A stretch of 64,000 nucleotides of DNA from Candidatus Omnitrophica bacterium 4484_213 (GTDB lineage Bacteria > Omnitrophota > 4484-213). The notes beneath the pieces are model-generated. The model saw nothing but the letters and a program-made list of their open reading frames with translations, was not told where the DNA came from and did not search any database. Location of the stretch: positions 15,341-79,340 of the forward strand of contig MZGK01000002.1 in NCBI GenBank assembly GCA_002085025.1, given 5' to 3'. Below, one piece after another: positions 31,103-42,078 of the stretch (position 1 is the first letter of the stretch; the number at the start of each line of letters is the position of its first letter). The position numbers and the translations under genes were made by a program.

Positions 31103-32176
31103 CTATAACCCACTCTTCGGATACGCCCCTAATATCTTTAGATAAATGCACTTCTTATTCAGCTCTGTGAGGACTTTTTTCACCTTTTTATCCTCAGAGT
31201 GCCCCTCTAAATCTACGAAGAAGTAATACTCCCAGGCTCTTTTTTTGGAAGGGCGGGATTCTATTTTGGTAAGGTTAATTCCTTGTTTTTTAAATGGCAG
31301 AAGCGTTTCATAGAGTGCTCCTACTTTATCTTTTAGTGAAAAGACGATTGAGGTCTTATCCTTACCAGTTTTAGAGACCTCGTTTTTACCAATTATCAAA
31401 AAGCGAGTGATGTTATGTAGGCTATCCTGAATGTCCCTTTTGACTATCTTTAGATTGTAAATCTGAGCAGCTAACTCATTAGCAATTGCCCCCGAATATT
31501 CCTCCCCGGTGGCAATCTCTGCTGCTTTCGTTGTGCTGGAAACCTCAATCAGTTCAGCATTGGGTAAATTTCTGTTTAGCCAACCGCGACATTGCCCAAA
31601 CACCTGAGGATTGGAATAAACCCTTTTAATCTCGGTGAGGGGAAAATTAGAAAGAAAACTGTGTGAAATCTTCAGAAATATCTCTGAGCATATTTTTATA
31701 TCAAAATCTATAAACATATCCAGGGTGTAGTTCACCGCTCCCTCAATAGAGTTTTCAATAGGAACTACTCCATAATCCGCCTCTCCTTTCTCCACGAGTT
31801 TGAATATACCGTCAATATTTGAGGAGTTAAGATATTCTACCGAGCTACCGAACTTTTTTAAAGCCGCTAAATGGGTGAAGGTAGCCGCTGGTCCTAAGTA
31901 AGCAATACGCATTTCCTTCTGGAGAGAGAGGGTGCCAGACATAATCTCACGGTAGACTGCTTTTACAGTTTTCTCGCGCAGGGGTCCCTTATTCAGTTTA
32001 ATAATCCGGCGATAGATATCTTCTTCTCTCTGGGGTGCATAAACAGAGATACCCTTCTTATCTTTTATCTCGCCAACCCTGAGAGCAACCTCTGTGCGCT
32101 GATTAAGAAGTTGAATTATCTTTTTATCTAAGTGATCAATCTCTCGGCGAAGTATCTCTAATTTTTTCTCTTTCAT
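31103..32176 (-). CDS. pheA: Bifunctional chorismate mutase / prephenate dehydratase
   Basis: N-terminal CM helix (LRREIDHLDKKIIQLLNQR), PDT domain, C-terminal ACT. Confidence 0.85.
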   Translation of the reverse strand: MKEKKLEILRREIDHLDKKIIQLLNQRTEVALRVGEIKDKKGISVYAPQREEDIYRRIIKLNKGPLREKTVKAVYREIMSGTLSLQKEMRIAYLGPAATFTHLAALKKFGSSVEYLNSSNIDGIFKLVEKGEADYGVVPIENSIEGAVNYTLDMFIDFDIKICSEIFLKISHSFLSNFPLTEIKRVYSNPQVFGQCRGWLNRNLPNAELIEVSSTTKAAEIATGEEYSGAIANELAAQIYNLKIVKRDIQDSLHNITRFLIIGKNEVSKTGKDKTSIVFSLKDKVGALYETLLPFKKQGINLTKIESRPSKKRAWEYYFFVDLEGHSEDKKVKKVLTELNKKCIYLKILGAYPKSGL

Positions 32177-32786
32177 TTTTCTTCAGTTTCGGAAGGTCGC
32201 TAAGCGACCTTAAACCAAAATACTGCAAAAAATGGGAAGTTGTGCGGTAGATTAAGGGCCTACCCAGCGTTTCTTTTCTGCCAGCAATCCTAATCAATTT
32301 TTTTTCGGTGAGCAATCTCAAGATTCCTCCTACCTCTACTCCTCTTATAACTTCGATATCGGCACGGGTTACCGGCTGACGATAGGCAATAATAGATAAG
32401 GTTTCTAAAGCAGCGGCAGAGAGTCTCTCTTCTCGCTCTCTTCTAGCTATCCTTTTTAACCAGGGAGCATAAAGAGGTAAGGTGCAAATTTGAAACCCTT
32501 GGGCAATCTCTACAATCTGGAAACTCCGTTTCTCCTTCGCATATTCATTTTTCAATTCCTCAATAATCTCTCTTATTGCCTTATTTCCGAGCCTTAAAAC
32601 CTTATTTAGCCCTTCAATTAACAAGGGTTTAGGGCTAGCAAATAAGGCAGCTTCAATTATTCTCTTCGCTTCCTCCCTACTTATCGGTTTCTCCATATAT
32701 AGAGTGAGCTCCACCCTTTCTGCTTTCAGGAAATTCTTTAGGGTAAGAATGGGCGGGATAAATCCAAATTTCTCCAAACAATTCAT
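32136..32786 (-). CDS. scpB: Segregation and condensation protein B (start probably the internal Met at about 32705)
   Basis: ALLFASPKPL...LSIIAYRQPVTRADIE...RGV winged-helix repeats. Confidence 0.8.
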   Translation of the reverse strand: MNCLEKFGFIPPILTLKNFLKAERVELTLYMEKPISREEAKRIIEAALFASPKPLLIEGLNKVLRLGNKAIREIIEELKNEYAKEKRSFQIVEIAQGFQICTLPLYAPWLKRIARREREERLSAAALETLSIIAYRQPVTRADIEVIRGVEVGGILRLLTEKKLIRIAGRKETLGRPLIYRTTSHFLQYFGLRSLSDLPKLKKNEREKIRDTSPRD

Positions 32787-33453
32787 CTTGGCGGACAGTT
32801 ATCTGCTCAGTCTTTATTAATTCCAGAGTAGCCAAGAAAATAGCAATCATCTCTATTTTAGTCTCTGCTGATCGGAATAACTTTCTTAGAGAAATGAAAG
32901 ATTCGTTTTTTAACCTATTTAAAATTTGCGAAATCTTATCGCGGATAGTCCATTTTTCTTTAACCAGTTTAATTTCTTTATCTGGGATAAACGAGGAAAT
33001 TTGAGCAAAAGCAGTGATTAAATCCTGAATATTTACCCTCTCTTGCTTGGTATTATCCTCCTTGGTATCTTCCTCTATTTTCATTCTTGGGCGGCCAAAA
33101 AACAAACTCCGTTCCTTCTCCTTACTCCTTAACTCCTTTGCTATATTTTTAATCTGCTCATAGGCCCAGAGTTTTTGCTCCAAAAGATTCTTCAGATTCT
33201 CCTTTTCCTGCTCGGGAGCAACTTCTCTTTTTGGCAAAAGTGAAACCGACTTCAAAAAAATCAAACTGGAAAAAATTAATAAAAAATCCGCGGCAATATC
33301 TATACTTCTCTGAAAATCTAATAGCCAATCAAGATACTGATTGACTATTTCAATCAAGGAGAAATTGCAGATATCCAATTTTTCTTCTTTAACTTGCTGG
33401 AGAAGAACTCGGGGTTCTCCGAAGAAATTTTCTAATTCTAAATTTAGAGTCAT
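32677..33453 (-). CDS. scpA: Segregation and condensation protein A
   Basis: Kleisin ScpA N-terminus (LDICNFSLIEIVNQYLDWL). Confidence 0.75.
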   Translation of the reverse strand: MTLNLELENFFGEPRVLLQQVKEEKLDICNFSLIEIVNQYLDWLLDFQRSIDIAADFLLIFSSLIFLKSVSLLPKREVAPEQEKENLKNLLEQKLWAYEQIKNIAKELRSKEKERSLFFGRPRMKIEEDTKEDNTKQERVNIQDLITAFAQISSFIPDKEIKLVKEKWTIRDKISQILNRLKNESFISLRKLFRSAETKIEMIAIFLATLELIKTEQITVRQDELFGEIWIYPAHSYPKEFPESRKGGAHSIYGETDK

Positions 33454-33471
33454 GTTGTCTCGCTAATGCAA

Positions 33472-33610
33472 GCTCCAATAACCAAGATACAAGATACAAA
33501 TAAATTCCAATATTCAGTAATCAATAACCAAACCAAAACAATAACCTCTGTTTGGTTATTGGAATTTGGTGATTGGTTATTATTTGGTTATTGTATCTTG
33601 GTTATTAAAG
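33472..33610. mobile_element. MITE family 2, internal-fragment copy lacking the TIRs
   Basis: aataaccaaaccaaaacaataacctctgtttggttattggaatttggtgattggttattatttggttattgtatcttgg matches the internal part of 51741-51958. Confidence 0.65.
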
Positions 33611-34604
33611 GAACAAATCCTATCCTCTCCCGCACCTCTTTTAATGTTCTCTCAGCCCGTTCGCTCGCTTTCTCTGCTCCTTGCTTTAAGATGGTAAGTA
33701 TATATTCTTTATCACCAATAAGTTTTTTATACCTATTTTGTATCGGACGCAACGTCTCAATAATTAACTCGGCAAGTTCTTTTTTAAATCCAGCATAGTT
33801 TTCGTCTTTAAACTGTTCTTCTAATTTGGCTATAGGTATCCCCGATAGACAAGAATAGATAGTCAAGAGATTGCTTATACCTAATTTTGTTTTATTTGCC
33901 TTTATCTCTCTTCCTGAATCTGTAACGGCTTGTCTAATCTTTTTGAGCACCACCGATGGTTCATCTAATAAAGCAATATAGTTGTTAGAATTGAGGTCGG
34001 ATTTGTCCATTTTACGTTCGGGATTGAGCAAACTCATTATTCTTGCTCCTGCTCGGGAAATATAAGCCTCGGGAATTTGGAATACCTTTCCGTATAAATT
34101 ATTAAATCTACTGGCAATGTTTCTGGTTAATTCAAGATGCTGCCTCTGGTCATCTCCGATAGGCACAATATTGGCTTGATATAGCAATATATCAGCAGCC
34201 ATTAGCACAGGGTATACATAAAGTCCGGCATTAACATTGGAGGAATATTTCCTTGCTTTATCTTTGAATTGGGTCATTCGGTTCAATTCACCGACGTTGG
34301 TGAAGCAGTTCAGAATCCAAGCCAATTCTGCATGCGCCGGGACATTGGACTGAATAAATATTATACTTTGTTCTGGGTCTATTCCCGAGGCAAGATATTG
34401 AGCGGCAAACGATATAGAGCGCTCTCGCAGAGTAGATGGGTCTTGGCGCACTGTAATTGAATGCATATCTACAACTATAAACAGACAATCATAGTGGGCC
34501 TGCATCTGGCTCCAGTTCTTTAATGCCCCGATGTAATTACCTATGGTGAGATTTCCGGTAGGGGCAACGCCGCTCAAGAGTATTTTTTTATTATTGATTT
34601 TCAT
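33588..34604 (-). CDS. trpS: Tryptophanyl-tRNA synthetase
   Basis: Class I fold, GVAPTGNLTIGNYIGAL (HIGH-like) and KMDKS. Confidence 0.9.
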   Translation of the reverse strand: MKINNKKILLSGVAPTGNLTIGNYIGALKNWSQMQAHYDCLFIVVDMHSITVRQDPSTLRERSISFAAQYLASGIDPEQSIIFIQSNVPAHAELAWILNCFTNVGELNRMTQFKDKARKYSSNVNAGLYVYPVLMAADILLYQANIVPIGDDQRQHLELTRNIASRFNNLYGKVFQIPEAYISRAGARIMSLLNPERKMDKSDLNSNNYIALLDEPSVVLKKIRQAVTDSGREIKANKTKLGISNLLTIYSCLSGIPIAKLEEQFKDENYAGFKKELAELIIETLRPIQNRYKKLIGDKEYILTILKQGAEKASERAERTLKEVRERIGFVPLITKIQ

Positions 34605-35064
34605 ACCTTTCTATCTCTTCTGAGAGGACCTTAAGTTCTACACCTGCCTTTTTGAAGAGCCCTCTTGTATCGGCACCAGCGTGATATCTCTTATTACAGA
34701 CCACCCTTTTTATTCCACAGTTTACAATCATCTTTGCGCAGGTAAAACAGGGCTCCATTGAACAATATAAAGTAGAACCATTTAAAGATATGCCAAATTT
34801 AGCCGCCTGACAAATAGCATTCTGTTCAGCATGGATGGTTCGTATGCAATGTTTGCTCACAGAACCATCGGGTGTAATGACATCTCTTAACATATGGCCT
34901 GCTTCATCGCAATGAGGCAAGCCGGAAGGCGCTCCTACATAACCAGTAGCAAGAATTCGCCGGTCTCTTACTATTACACATCCACTCTTTCCTCTATCGC
35001 AGGTTGCCCTTGTTGCTACTTCCCGAACAATTCCCAAAAAATATTCATCCCAATCTGGTCGCAT
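34591..35064 (-). CDS. dCMP deaminase (cytidine/deoxycytidylate deaminase zinc-binding)
   Basis: HAEQNAI...CSMEPCFTCAKMI zinc ligands. Confidence 0.8.
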   Translation of the reverse strand: MRPDWDEYFLGIVREVATRATCDRGKSGCVIVRDRRILATGYVGAPSGLPHCDEAGHMLRDVITPDGSVSKHCIRTIHAEQNAICQAAKFGISLNGSTLYCSMEPCFTCAKMIVNCGIKRVVCNKRYHAGADTRGLFKKAGVELKVLSEEIERYENQ

Positions 35065-35089
35065 AACTCTTCCTGAAAGTCTCCAGCAA

Positions 35090-35200
35090 GAAGAAAAAGG
35101 GTTAACATGGGTGATAAGGGGTAGGAAGGGTTAGAAAAGGAATGGGGAATTCCCCTGCTACCCCCTACTAACCCTTGCCATCCCTTTCTAACCCCTGTGT
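35090..35200. repeat. Nested/crossing palindromes related to the GTTAGAAAG family (ggggtagg..gggttagaaaagg..ggggaattcccc..ctacccc..cctttctaaccc)
   Basis: Seen directly between the dCMP deaminase gene and glyA. Confidence 0.5.
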
Positions 35201-35307
35201 TTTCTATTCTACCACATTCCCCTATTTATACAAACTCCCTTAGAAATATACATAGAAACTTCAGCCAGAACTTTTAAAAACCTCTCTTACATTATAACAG
35301 GAGTTTT

Positions 35308-36591
35308 CTAACGGGGCAAGGGGAATTTTGCTACTAATTTATCTACTTCTTTAGTTACCTCTGCGATTACTTCTTCGTTATTGATATTACTAATTACTCT
35401 ATCAATCAAATGAGCAATTTTTTTCATCTCCTCTTCTTTCATCCCCCGCGTGGTCACCGCCGGTGTGCCGAGGCGAATCCCACTGGTCACAAAAGCACTT
35501 TGGCTATCAAAGGGAATTAAATTCTTGTTTACAGTAATTCTTGCTTTGTCTAGGGCAGTAGTGGCATCCTTGCCGGTTATCTTTCTGCTGGCGAAAACAT
35601 CTACAAGCAGCAAGTGATTATCTGTCCCGCCGGAAACAATTCTATAATTTAGTCTTTTTAACTCCTCGGATAGCACAGCCGCATTTCGAACAATCTGGCG
35701 TTGATATTGCTTGAACTGCTCACTTAAGGCCTCTCTAAATGCTACTGCTTTGGCAGCGATAACATGCATAAGGGGCCCCCCCTGGATTCCCGGAAAAACC
35801 GCAGCATCAATCTTTTTCCCAAATTCCTTTCGGCATAAAATCATCCCTCCCCGCGGGCCTCTTAGCGTTTTATGAGTGGTGGTGGTAATAAATTCAGCAT
35901 AAGGAACAGGGTCAGGATGAAGTTTTGCCGCTATCAAACCAGCAATGTGGGCCACATCTGCCATTACAAATGCCCCACTTTTATCGGCAATCTCTCGTAC
36001 TCTCTTAAAATCAATTATTCGTGGATAAGCAGAGGCGCCAACCAGAATCATCTTCGGTTTATTTTTTTTAGCCAACTCCTCTAATTCATCATAGTCAATC
36101 TTTTCATCTCTCGAGCTAACACCATAAGGAATAATCTGAAAATACTTCCCGGAGTAATTTAAAGGATGACCATGGGTTAGATGCCCGCCATGAGTCAGAT
36201 TCATTGCCAGGACCTTATCTCCCGGCTTCAGCATTGCAAAATAAACGGCCATATTTGCCTGTGCCCCCGAATGGGGCTGAACATTGACATATTCGGCTCC
36301 AAAGAGTTCCTTTGCCCGTTCGATGGCTAAGGATTCGGCAACATCGACGAACTGGCAGCCCCCATACCAGCGCCTTCCCGGATAGCCCTCGGCATATTTA
36401 TTGGTCAAAACCGAGCCTTGAGCTTCTAATACTGCCTGGCTCACAAAATTCTCCGAAGCAATTAGTTCAATATTTTCCTGCTGTCTTTTGAGCTCATTTT
36501 GAATTGCCTCGAAAATCTCATTGTCGACTACCTTTAACTGCTCATTTACCCTCTTAGAGCTTCGTTCATCAACAACTAACTTTTCTTCCAT
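35308..36591 (-). CDS. glyA: Serine hydroxymethyltransferase
   Basis: LIASENFVS...[17 protein letters not shown]-lysine motif. Confidence 0.95.
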   Translation of the reverse strand: MEEKLVVDERSSKRVNEQLKVVDNEIFEAIQNELKRQQENIELIASENFVSQAVLEAQGSVLTNKYAEGYPGRRWYGGCQFVDVAESLAIERAKELFGAEYVNVQPHSGAQANMAVYFAMLKPGDKVLAMNLTHGGHLTHGHPLNYSGKYFQIIPYGVSSRDEKIDYDELEELAKKNKPKMILVGASAYPRIIDFKRVREIADKSGAFVMADVAHIAGLIAAKLHPDPVPYAEFITTTTHKTLRGPRGGMILCRKEFGKKIDAAVFPGIQGGPLMHVIAAKAVAFREALSEQFKQYQRQIVRNAAVLSEELKRLNYRIVSGGTDNHLLLVDVFASRKITGKDATTALDKARITVNKNLIPFDSQSAFVTSGIRLGTPAVTTRGMKEEEMKKIAHLIDRVISNINNEEVIAEVTKEVDKLVAKFPLPR

Positions 36592-36660
36592 CTTTTCTCC
36601 TTCTTTTAGCCTGTTAAAACTCCTAACAGGGCTTATCAGCTTGCTCTTGTCTTTACCTTG

Positions 36661-39600
36661 CTAGAAAGCCCCACCCTTTCTAACGGGGTTTACTTCCACT
36701 GTTACTCTTTCTTTTCCTATTAACTGCTCGAGTTGAAGAAGAAAACTTTCAGTGCACTTAGCGGTTAAGGAAGAACGAATAGTGTGCTTTCCTCGCGGAG
36801 AGGAGAAAATTAAATAAAGCGGAACATCTCCTTGGTGAGCAGAAACAAGCCTTTTTATCTGCCGAAGAAGATTTTCATCGCTGTCTGCCTCTAAATTCAG
36901 AGAAATAGAAGCAGTATATTTCTGAGAAATTTGCTCTATTGGAATTAATTTCTCAGCAATTATCTTGCGTTCATTATTTCTTAAACTAATCTTTCCTTCG
37001 ACAAAGATTGGAGCATCTATTTTAACATAATTGCTTACTTTATTAAAGACCTTTGGAAAAAGGATAATCTCAATCGCCCCATTAGAAATCTCTAAATTAA
37101 AAAAAGCCATCTTCTCCCCGCGTTTGGTAACAATTTGTTTAATCTTAGTAACAACTCCCCCGACTAACACCTCTTCGTTTTCGCTGTAGTTATTTAATTC
37201 AGTAAAGGAAACGGAATATCTCTTCAGTACCTGCTCATACTCTGCTAAGGGATGACCGCTGAAATAAAAGCCCAGAAGCTCTTTTTCAAAGGCCAATAAC
37301 TGATTGCGCGGCCATTCTTTTATTGTTATCTTTTTCTCTTCTTTTCGAGGTTCAAAGTAAGAGAGATTATCAAGAAGGGATAGTTGCCCCCGACTTTTAT
37401 CTCTTTGGAGCCGATTTGCCCTCTGGAGGCTACCCTCTAAATCCACTATTAACTGGGCTCGTGGCAAATTGAAACAATCAAATGCTCCGCATTTTATCAA
37501 ACTCTCAATTACCTTTTTATTTACGAGTCTCAGATCTACTCGCTGGCAAAAATCTTCTAAAGAAAAAAAATTCTTTCTCGTCCTCGCTTTAATAATAGAA
37601 TCGATTGCTCCCCTTCCTACATTCTTCACTGCTAACAAACCAAATCTGATGCTATCTTTCTCAACAGTGAATTCAGCAAAAGATTGTTGGACATCGGGAG
37701 GTAAGATTCTTATACCCATCTTCCTGCATTCTTCTACATAATCAGCAATCTTGTCCGTATTATCCTCTTCACTGGTTAATAAAGCAGCCATAAACTGCAG
37801 AGGACAATTTGCCTTTAAATAAGCTGTCCGGTAAGAGATAAGGGCATAGGCGGCGCTATGGCTTTTATTAAAACCATAGCCGGAAAAATATTCGATAAGA
37901 TTAAATACTTTTTCCGCTACTCTTCTTCGTATCCCATTTTTTAGGCATCCTTCAACAAAAGATTCTTTTTGTTGCTCGATGACCTCGGGAATCTTTTTGC
38001 TTATTGCTCGACGCAGTAAATCTGCTTGGGTTAAACTAAACCCGGCCAGAATATGAGCAATTTGCATTATTTGTTCCTGGTAGAGGATAATCCCATAGGT
38101 CTCTTTTAAGATTGGTTTCAACTTAGGATGGTCGTATTTGATTAATTTAGGATTGTGTTTTCTCTGAACGAAATCATTAATCATTCCACTCCCTAAAGGA
38201 CCTGGGCGATGCAAAGCGAGAATAGCTATAATATCCTCAAAATTCTGGGGTTCAATCCTCTTCAATAAATCCTGCATTCCTGCACTTTCTAATTGAAACA
38301 CCCCTGTCGATTTCCCCTTGCAAAGCAGATGATAAGTCTTTTTATCGTCAAGAGGAATACTCTCAACACTGATTTCTTTTCCGGAAAACCTCCTTATGTT
38401 TTCTATTGTTTTACTAATTACCGTTAAAGTACGCAATCCTAAAAAGTCCATCTTTAAAAGACCTATCTTTTCCAGAGAAAACATAGAATACTGAGTAGCA
38501 ATCTTCCCATCAGGGCTTTTAAACAAAGGTACAATGTCGCTCAGGGGCTGCTTGGAAATTACAACTCCGGCTGCATGGGTAGAAGCGTGCCGGGTTAAAC
38601 CCTCTAGGCTCTTAGAGATATCCAACAATCGTTTTATCTGTTTGTCCTGCTCGTAAAGCTCCTTTAGGCGTGGCTCCTGATAAAGTGCTTCTTGAATGGT
38701 AATATTGAGCGTTAAGGGGACTAGCTTAGCAATCCTATCTACTTCTGAATAAGGCATTCCCATTACCCTGCCGACATCTCTGATTACTCCATGCGCGGCC
38801 ATTGTGCCGAAAGTAATTATTTGAGAAACGTTTTCTTTGCTATATTTTTGAGTGACATAGTCAATCACCTCATCCCTGCGCTGATAACAGAAATCAATAT
38901 CAATATCAGGCATCGTTATCCGCTCATAGTTCAAAAACCTTTCAAATAAAAGATTATATTTCAGAGGATTGATATCGGTTATTCCTAAGATATAAGCGAC
39001 TAAACTGCCGGCCACAGAACCTCTACCGGGTCCAACGGCAATATTATTCTTCTTAGCAAAGTTAATAAAATCCTGCACAATAAGGAAGTAAGATGCATAA
39101 CCAGATTCTTCAATTATTTTTAACTCCTGGTTCATTCTCTGGATAACCTCTTCATTTACCCTGCTAAATAATTCGCTTGGGCGAACAGCGCCTTTGGCGG
39201 ATTTAACAGGGTTTATCCCATTAAATTGCGCCTTTGACGCCCCCCCGACGGAAGTGTCGGAGAATTCGGGGTGAACTTCTTTAAACCTTTCTTTCAACCT
39301 CTGCTGACAGAGTTCTTTAAGATATTCTTTATCTGTTAGACCCTGGGGGGGAGAAAAAACAGGCATATACTTCTTACTAAAATCGAGCTCGAGATTGCAT
39401 TTATTAACGACCTTTAGCGTATTGGTCAAAGCAGAGGGAATTTCCGAAAATAACTCTTTCATCTCTTCTTCACTCTTGAGATAAAATTTATTGGTAGAGA
39501 ATCTCATTCTTTTAGGGTCATCTAGGGTAGTTTGCGTCTGAAGACAGAGAAGGATTTCATGGTTGTAGCTATCAGATTTATGTAAATAATGCACATCATT

Positions 39601-40269
39601 TGTAGCTACTAATTCTATATTCATCTCCTTTGCTATCTTAATCAACTCTCTATTTACCTTTTTTTGTTCAGGGATTAATTGGTCCTGAAGTTCTAAATAA
39701 AAATTATCTTTTCCAAATATATCCTGAAAGTCAATAATTGCTTTTTTGGCTTTATCGATCTGGTCATTAATAATATAATTGGGAATCTCTCCATGGAGAC
39801 ACCCACTGAGCCCAATAAGTCCCTCTGAATACTGAGATAAAATTTCTTTGTCTATTCTTGGTTTATAATAGAAGCCTTCTAAATAAGCCGCTGTAGCGAG
39901 TTTAACCAAATTTTTATATCCTTTTAGGTCTTTTACTAACAGAGTGAGATGTTTTCTTCCTCTCTTTTCCACTTCTGGATCTCGGTTGAATCTGCTTTCC
40001 GGAGCGAGATAAGCCTCATAGCCAATTATTGGCTTTATCCCTTGTTTCATTGCTTCCTGATAAAACTCAATTGCCCCAAACATATTTCCGTGGTCAGTAA
40101 TGGCAATAGCCGGAAATTTTAATTCTATACTTCTCTTGATTAAGTCAGGGAGTTTACAGGCGCCATCGAGAAGACTATATTGGCTATGAACATGAAGGTG
40201 AGCGAAATTTGCGTGAGTCACGTTTGGTAGGGAGGTGTTGGTTTGGTTACTAGTGCCGAGGATATGCAA
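36661..40269 (-). CDS. dnaE: DNA polymerase III subunit alpha
   Basis: PHP domain HLHVHSQYSLLDG, palm/fingers, OB fold. 1202 aa. Confidence 0.95.
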   Translation of the reverse strand: MHILGTSNQTNTSLPNVTHANFAHLHVHSQYSLLDGACKLPDLIKRSIELKFPAIAITDHGNMFGAIEFYQEAMKQGIKPIIGYEAYLAPESRFNRDPEVEKRGRKHLTLLVKDLKGYKNLVKLATAAYLEGFYYKPRIDKEILSQYSEGLIGLSGCLHGEIPNYIINDQIDKAKKAIIDFQDIFGKDNFYLELQDQLIPEQKKVNRELIKIAKEMNIELVATNDVHYLHKSDSYNHEILLCLQTQTTLDDPKRMRFSTNKFYLKSEEEMKELFSEIPSALTNTLKVVNKCNLELDFSKKYMPVFSPPQGLTDKEYLKELCQQRLKERFKEVHPEFSDTSVGGASKAQFNGINPVKSAKGAVRPSELFSRVNEEVIQRMNQELKIIEESGYASYFLIVQDFINFAKKNNIAVGPGRGSVAGSLVAYILGITDINPLKYNLLFERFLNYERITMPDIDIDFCYQRRDEVIDYVTQKYSKENVSQIITFGTMAAHGVIRDVGRVMGMPYSEVDRIAKLVPLTLNITIQEALYQEPRLKELYEQDKQIKRLLDISKSLEGLTRHASTHAAGVVISKQPLSDIVPLFKSPDGKIATQYSMFSLEKIGLLKMDFLGLRTLTVISKTIENIRRFSGKEISVESIPLDDKKTYHLLCKGKSTGVFQLESAGMQDLLKRIEPQNFEDIIAILALHRPGPLGSGMINDFVQRKHNPKLIKYDHPKLKPILKETYGIILYQEQIMQIAHILAGFSLTQADLLRRAISKKIPEVIEQQKESFVEGCLKNGIRRRVAEKVFNLIEYFSGYGFNKSHSAAYALISYRTAYLKANCPLQFMAALLTSEEDNTDKIADYVEECRKMGIRILPPDVQQSFAEFTVEKDSIRFGLLAVKNVGRGAIDSIIKARTRKNFFSLEDFCQRVDLRLVNKKVIESLIKCGAFDCFNLPRAQLIVDLEGSLQRANRLQRDKSRGQLSLLDNLSYFEPRKEEKKITIKEWPRNQLLAFEKELLGFYFSGHPLAEYEQVLKRYSVSFTELNNYSENEEVLVGGVVTKIKQIVTKRGEKMAFFNLEISNGAIEIILFPKVFNKVSNYVKIDAPIFVEGKISLRNNERKIIAEKLIPIEQISQKYTASISLNLEADSDENLLRQIKRLVSAHQGDVPLYLIFSSPRGKHTIRSSLTAKCTESFLLQLEQLIGKERVTVEVNPVRKGGAF

Positions 40270-40320
40270 AACTGCCTTCAGCAGGACATTAGGTCCTTCG
40301 TCGCTCGCTTACGCTCACTC

Positions 40321-40349
40321 CTCAGGATCAAATCTGCCGAAGGCAGATT
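40321..40349. repeat. Fragment of the family-4 module (cctcaggatc-aaatctgccgaaggcagattt hairpin) abutting the 3' end of tRNA-fMet
   Basis: Compare ctgaggatag-gaaatctgcaaagcagatttc in the other units. Confidence 0.45.
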
Positions 40350-40426
40350 TGGTAGCGGGGAGAGGATTCGAACCTCTGACCTTTAGGTTATGGGCCTAAC
40401 GAGCTACCAGGCTGCTCCACCCCGCA
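40350..40426 (-). tRNA. tRNA-Met (CAU), probably initiator tRNA-fMet
   Basis: Reverse complement TGCGGGGTGGAGCAGCCTGGTAGCTCGTTAGGCCCATAACCTAAAGGTCAGAGGTTCGAATCCTCTCCCCGCTACCA. The D and T arms are near-identical to E. coli tRNA-fMet. Positions 1:72 are unpaired (U.U) and the anticodon loop is CCCAUAA. Confidence 0.8.
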
Positions 40427-40576
40427 TCGTATATGCTTCGCTATTGGTCGGCATTGATTATGTAGATTAAATACTCATTGCAGCGATAACAGAGAGGGTT
40501 TAATCTCTACAAACTTCTGAAATCCCTGCCTGCGGCAGGCAGGGATGTAACCAAGTTAGTATTAACTTCCTTAATA

Positions 40577-42031
40577 CTAACCGATTTTTGTTAAAATGTC
40601 AAGAGATTTTCTCCAACGCCCTCCATCTTTTGTATCCTCTAAAATAATCCCTCTTTTCTTTAATTCTTCTCTTATTCTATCGGCTAATTCAAAATTTCTC
40701 TTTCTACGGGCTTCTTCTCTTTGTTCAATTAATCTTCTCTCTTCCTCATCAATCTCTTTCGGGGAATCAAATTTGAGAATTCCTAATACGCTATTAATCT
40801 TCTCAATTAAACCTGCGGCTTCTCGTAAATCGCTTTCTCCAATCCTTTCTTCACTGATTGCCTTATTGATATCCTTAATTAGGTCAAATAAAGCAGCAAG
40901 GGCAGAAGAAATATTCAGGTCATCGTCCATTGCTTTTTCAAAGTCCTTCTTCGCCCTTCTTACCCTATCTTTGAAAGATAGTTTACTTGCACGCCTGGTG
41001 TGCAAGTAGCTCTTGATATTCAAATAAAAATCGCTCAATTTTTTGAGGGTTTGTTTGGCTTGCCTTAAACCGTCAAGGGTAAAATTCAAACTATGCCGGT
41101 AATGAGTGGACAAAAGCAAAAATCTTATTACCAAGGGATCATATCCCCTCTCCAATAAATCGCGCAGGGTAAAGAAATTTCCTTTTGATTTGGACATCTT
41201 CTCATTGTTCACCAACAAAAATTTACAATGCAGCCAATAATTAACAAATTTTTTGCCTGTAGCCGCTTCGCTCTGGGCAATCTCATTTTCGTGATGGGGA
41301 AAGATGTTGTCCTCCCCTCCGGTATGAATATCAAAACTTTCTCCTAAATACTTCATTGACATTGCTGAACATTCAATATGCCAGCCCGGTCTGCCTCTTT
41401 CCTTCCCCGGCCCTGGCCAGGATGGTTCATCCTCCTTCACCTTTTTCCATAAAACAAAGTCGGCCGGGTTTTCTTTATCGTACTCATCGGCGTCCTCCCG
41501 CCTTTGTTCGCCTGCGGCAGGCCTCGGTGACCAAGTCGGGCGCTGAGTATCAGATAAAGGTTTGCCTGAGAGTTTCCCATACTCTTTAAACTGAGAAATC
41601 TGGAAGTAAATTGAGCCATCTTTCTCGTAAGCAAAACCTTTTTTTAAGAGAACCTTTATCAACTTTACCATCTCAGAGATATGCTCTGTTGCTCGGGGGT
41701 ACTCCTCTACTCTCTCAATATTCAGTTTTTCCAAATCCTCAAAAAAGGCATCGGTATATCTTTTAGTAAAATCACTTAGTTTAATTGCCTCTCTTTTTGC
41801 TCCGGCAATTGTCTTATCGTCAACATCAGTAATATTCATCACCTGAAGGACACGGTAGCCCTTATATTTTAGATAGCGTCGCAAGAGGTCTTCAAATACA
41901 TAAGCTCGAAAATTACCGATATGGGCGAAGTCATAGACCGTCGGCCCGCAGCTATATATCTTTACAATTCCTTTCTTTAAGGCAGTGAACTTCTCTTTCC
42001 TGCGGCTAAGGGTGTTATAGAAACAAAGCAT
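40577..42031 (-). CDS. cysS: Cysteinyl-tRNA synthetase
   Basis: CGPTVYDFAHIGN (HIGH), KMSKS and the zinc-binding Cys context. Confidence 0.9.
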   Translation of the reverse strand: MLCFYNTLSRRKEKFTALKKGIVKIYSCGPTVYDFAHIGNFRAYVFEDLLRRYLKYKGYRVLQVMNITDVDDKTIAGAKREAIKLSDFTKRYTDAFFEDLEKLNIERVEEYPRATEHISEMVKLIKVLLKKGFAYEKDGSIYFQISQFKEYGKLSGKPLSDTQRPTWSPRPAAGEQRREDADEYDKENPADFVLWKKVKEDEPSWPGPGKERGRPGWHIECSAMSMKYLGESFDIHTGGEDNIFPHHENEIAQSEAATGKKFVNYWLHCKFLLVNNEKMSKSKGNFFTLRDLLERGYDPLVIRFLLLSTHYRHSLNFTLDGLRQAKQTLKKLSDFYLNIKSYLHTRRASKLSFKDRVRRAKKDFEKAMDDDLNISSALAALFDLIKDINKAISEERIGESDLREAAGLIEKINSVLGILKFDSPKEIDEEERRLIEQREEARRKRNFELADRIREELKKRGIILEDTKDGGRWRKSLDILTKIG

Positions 42032-42078
42032 TTTTTAAATTATCAACACGACTTTTGAAAAATGAGATCTATATTGAG

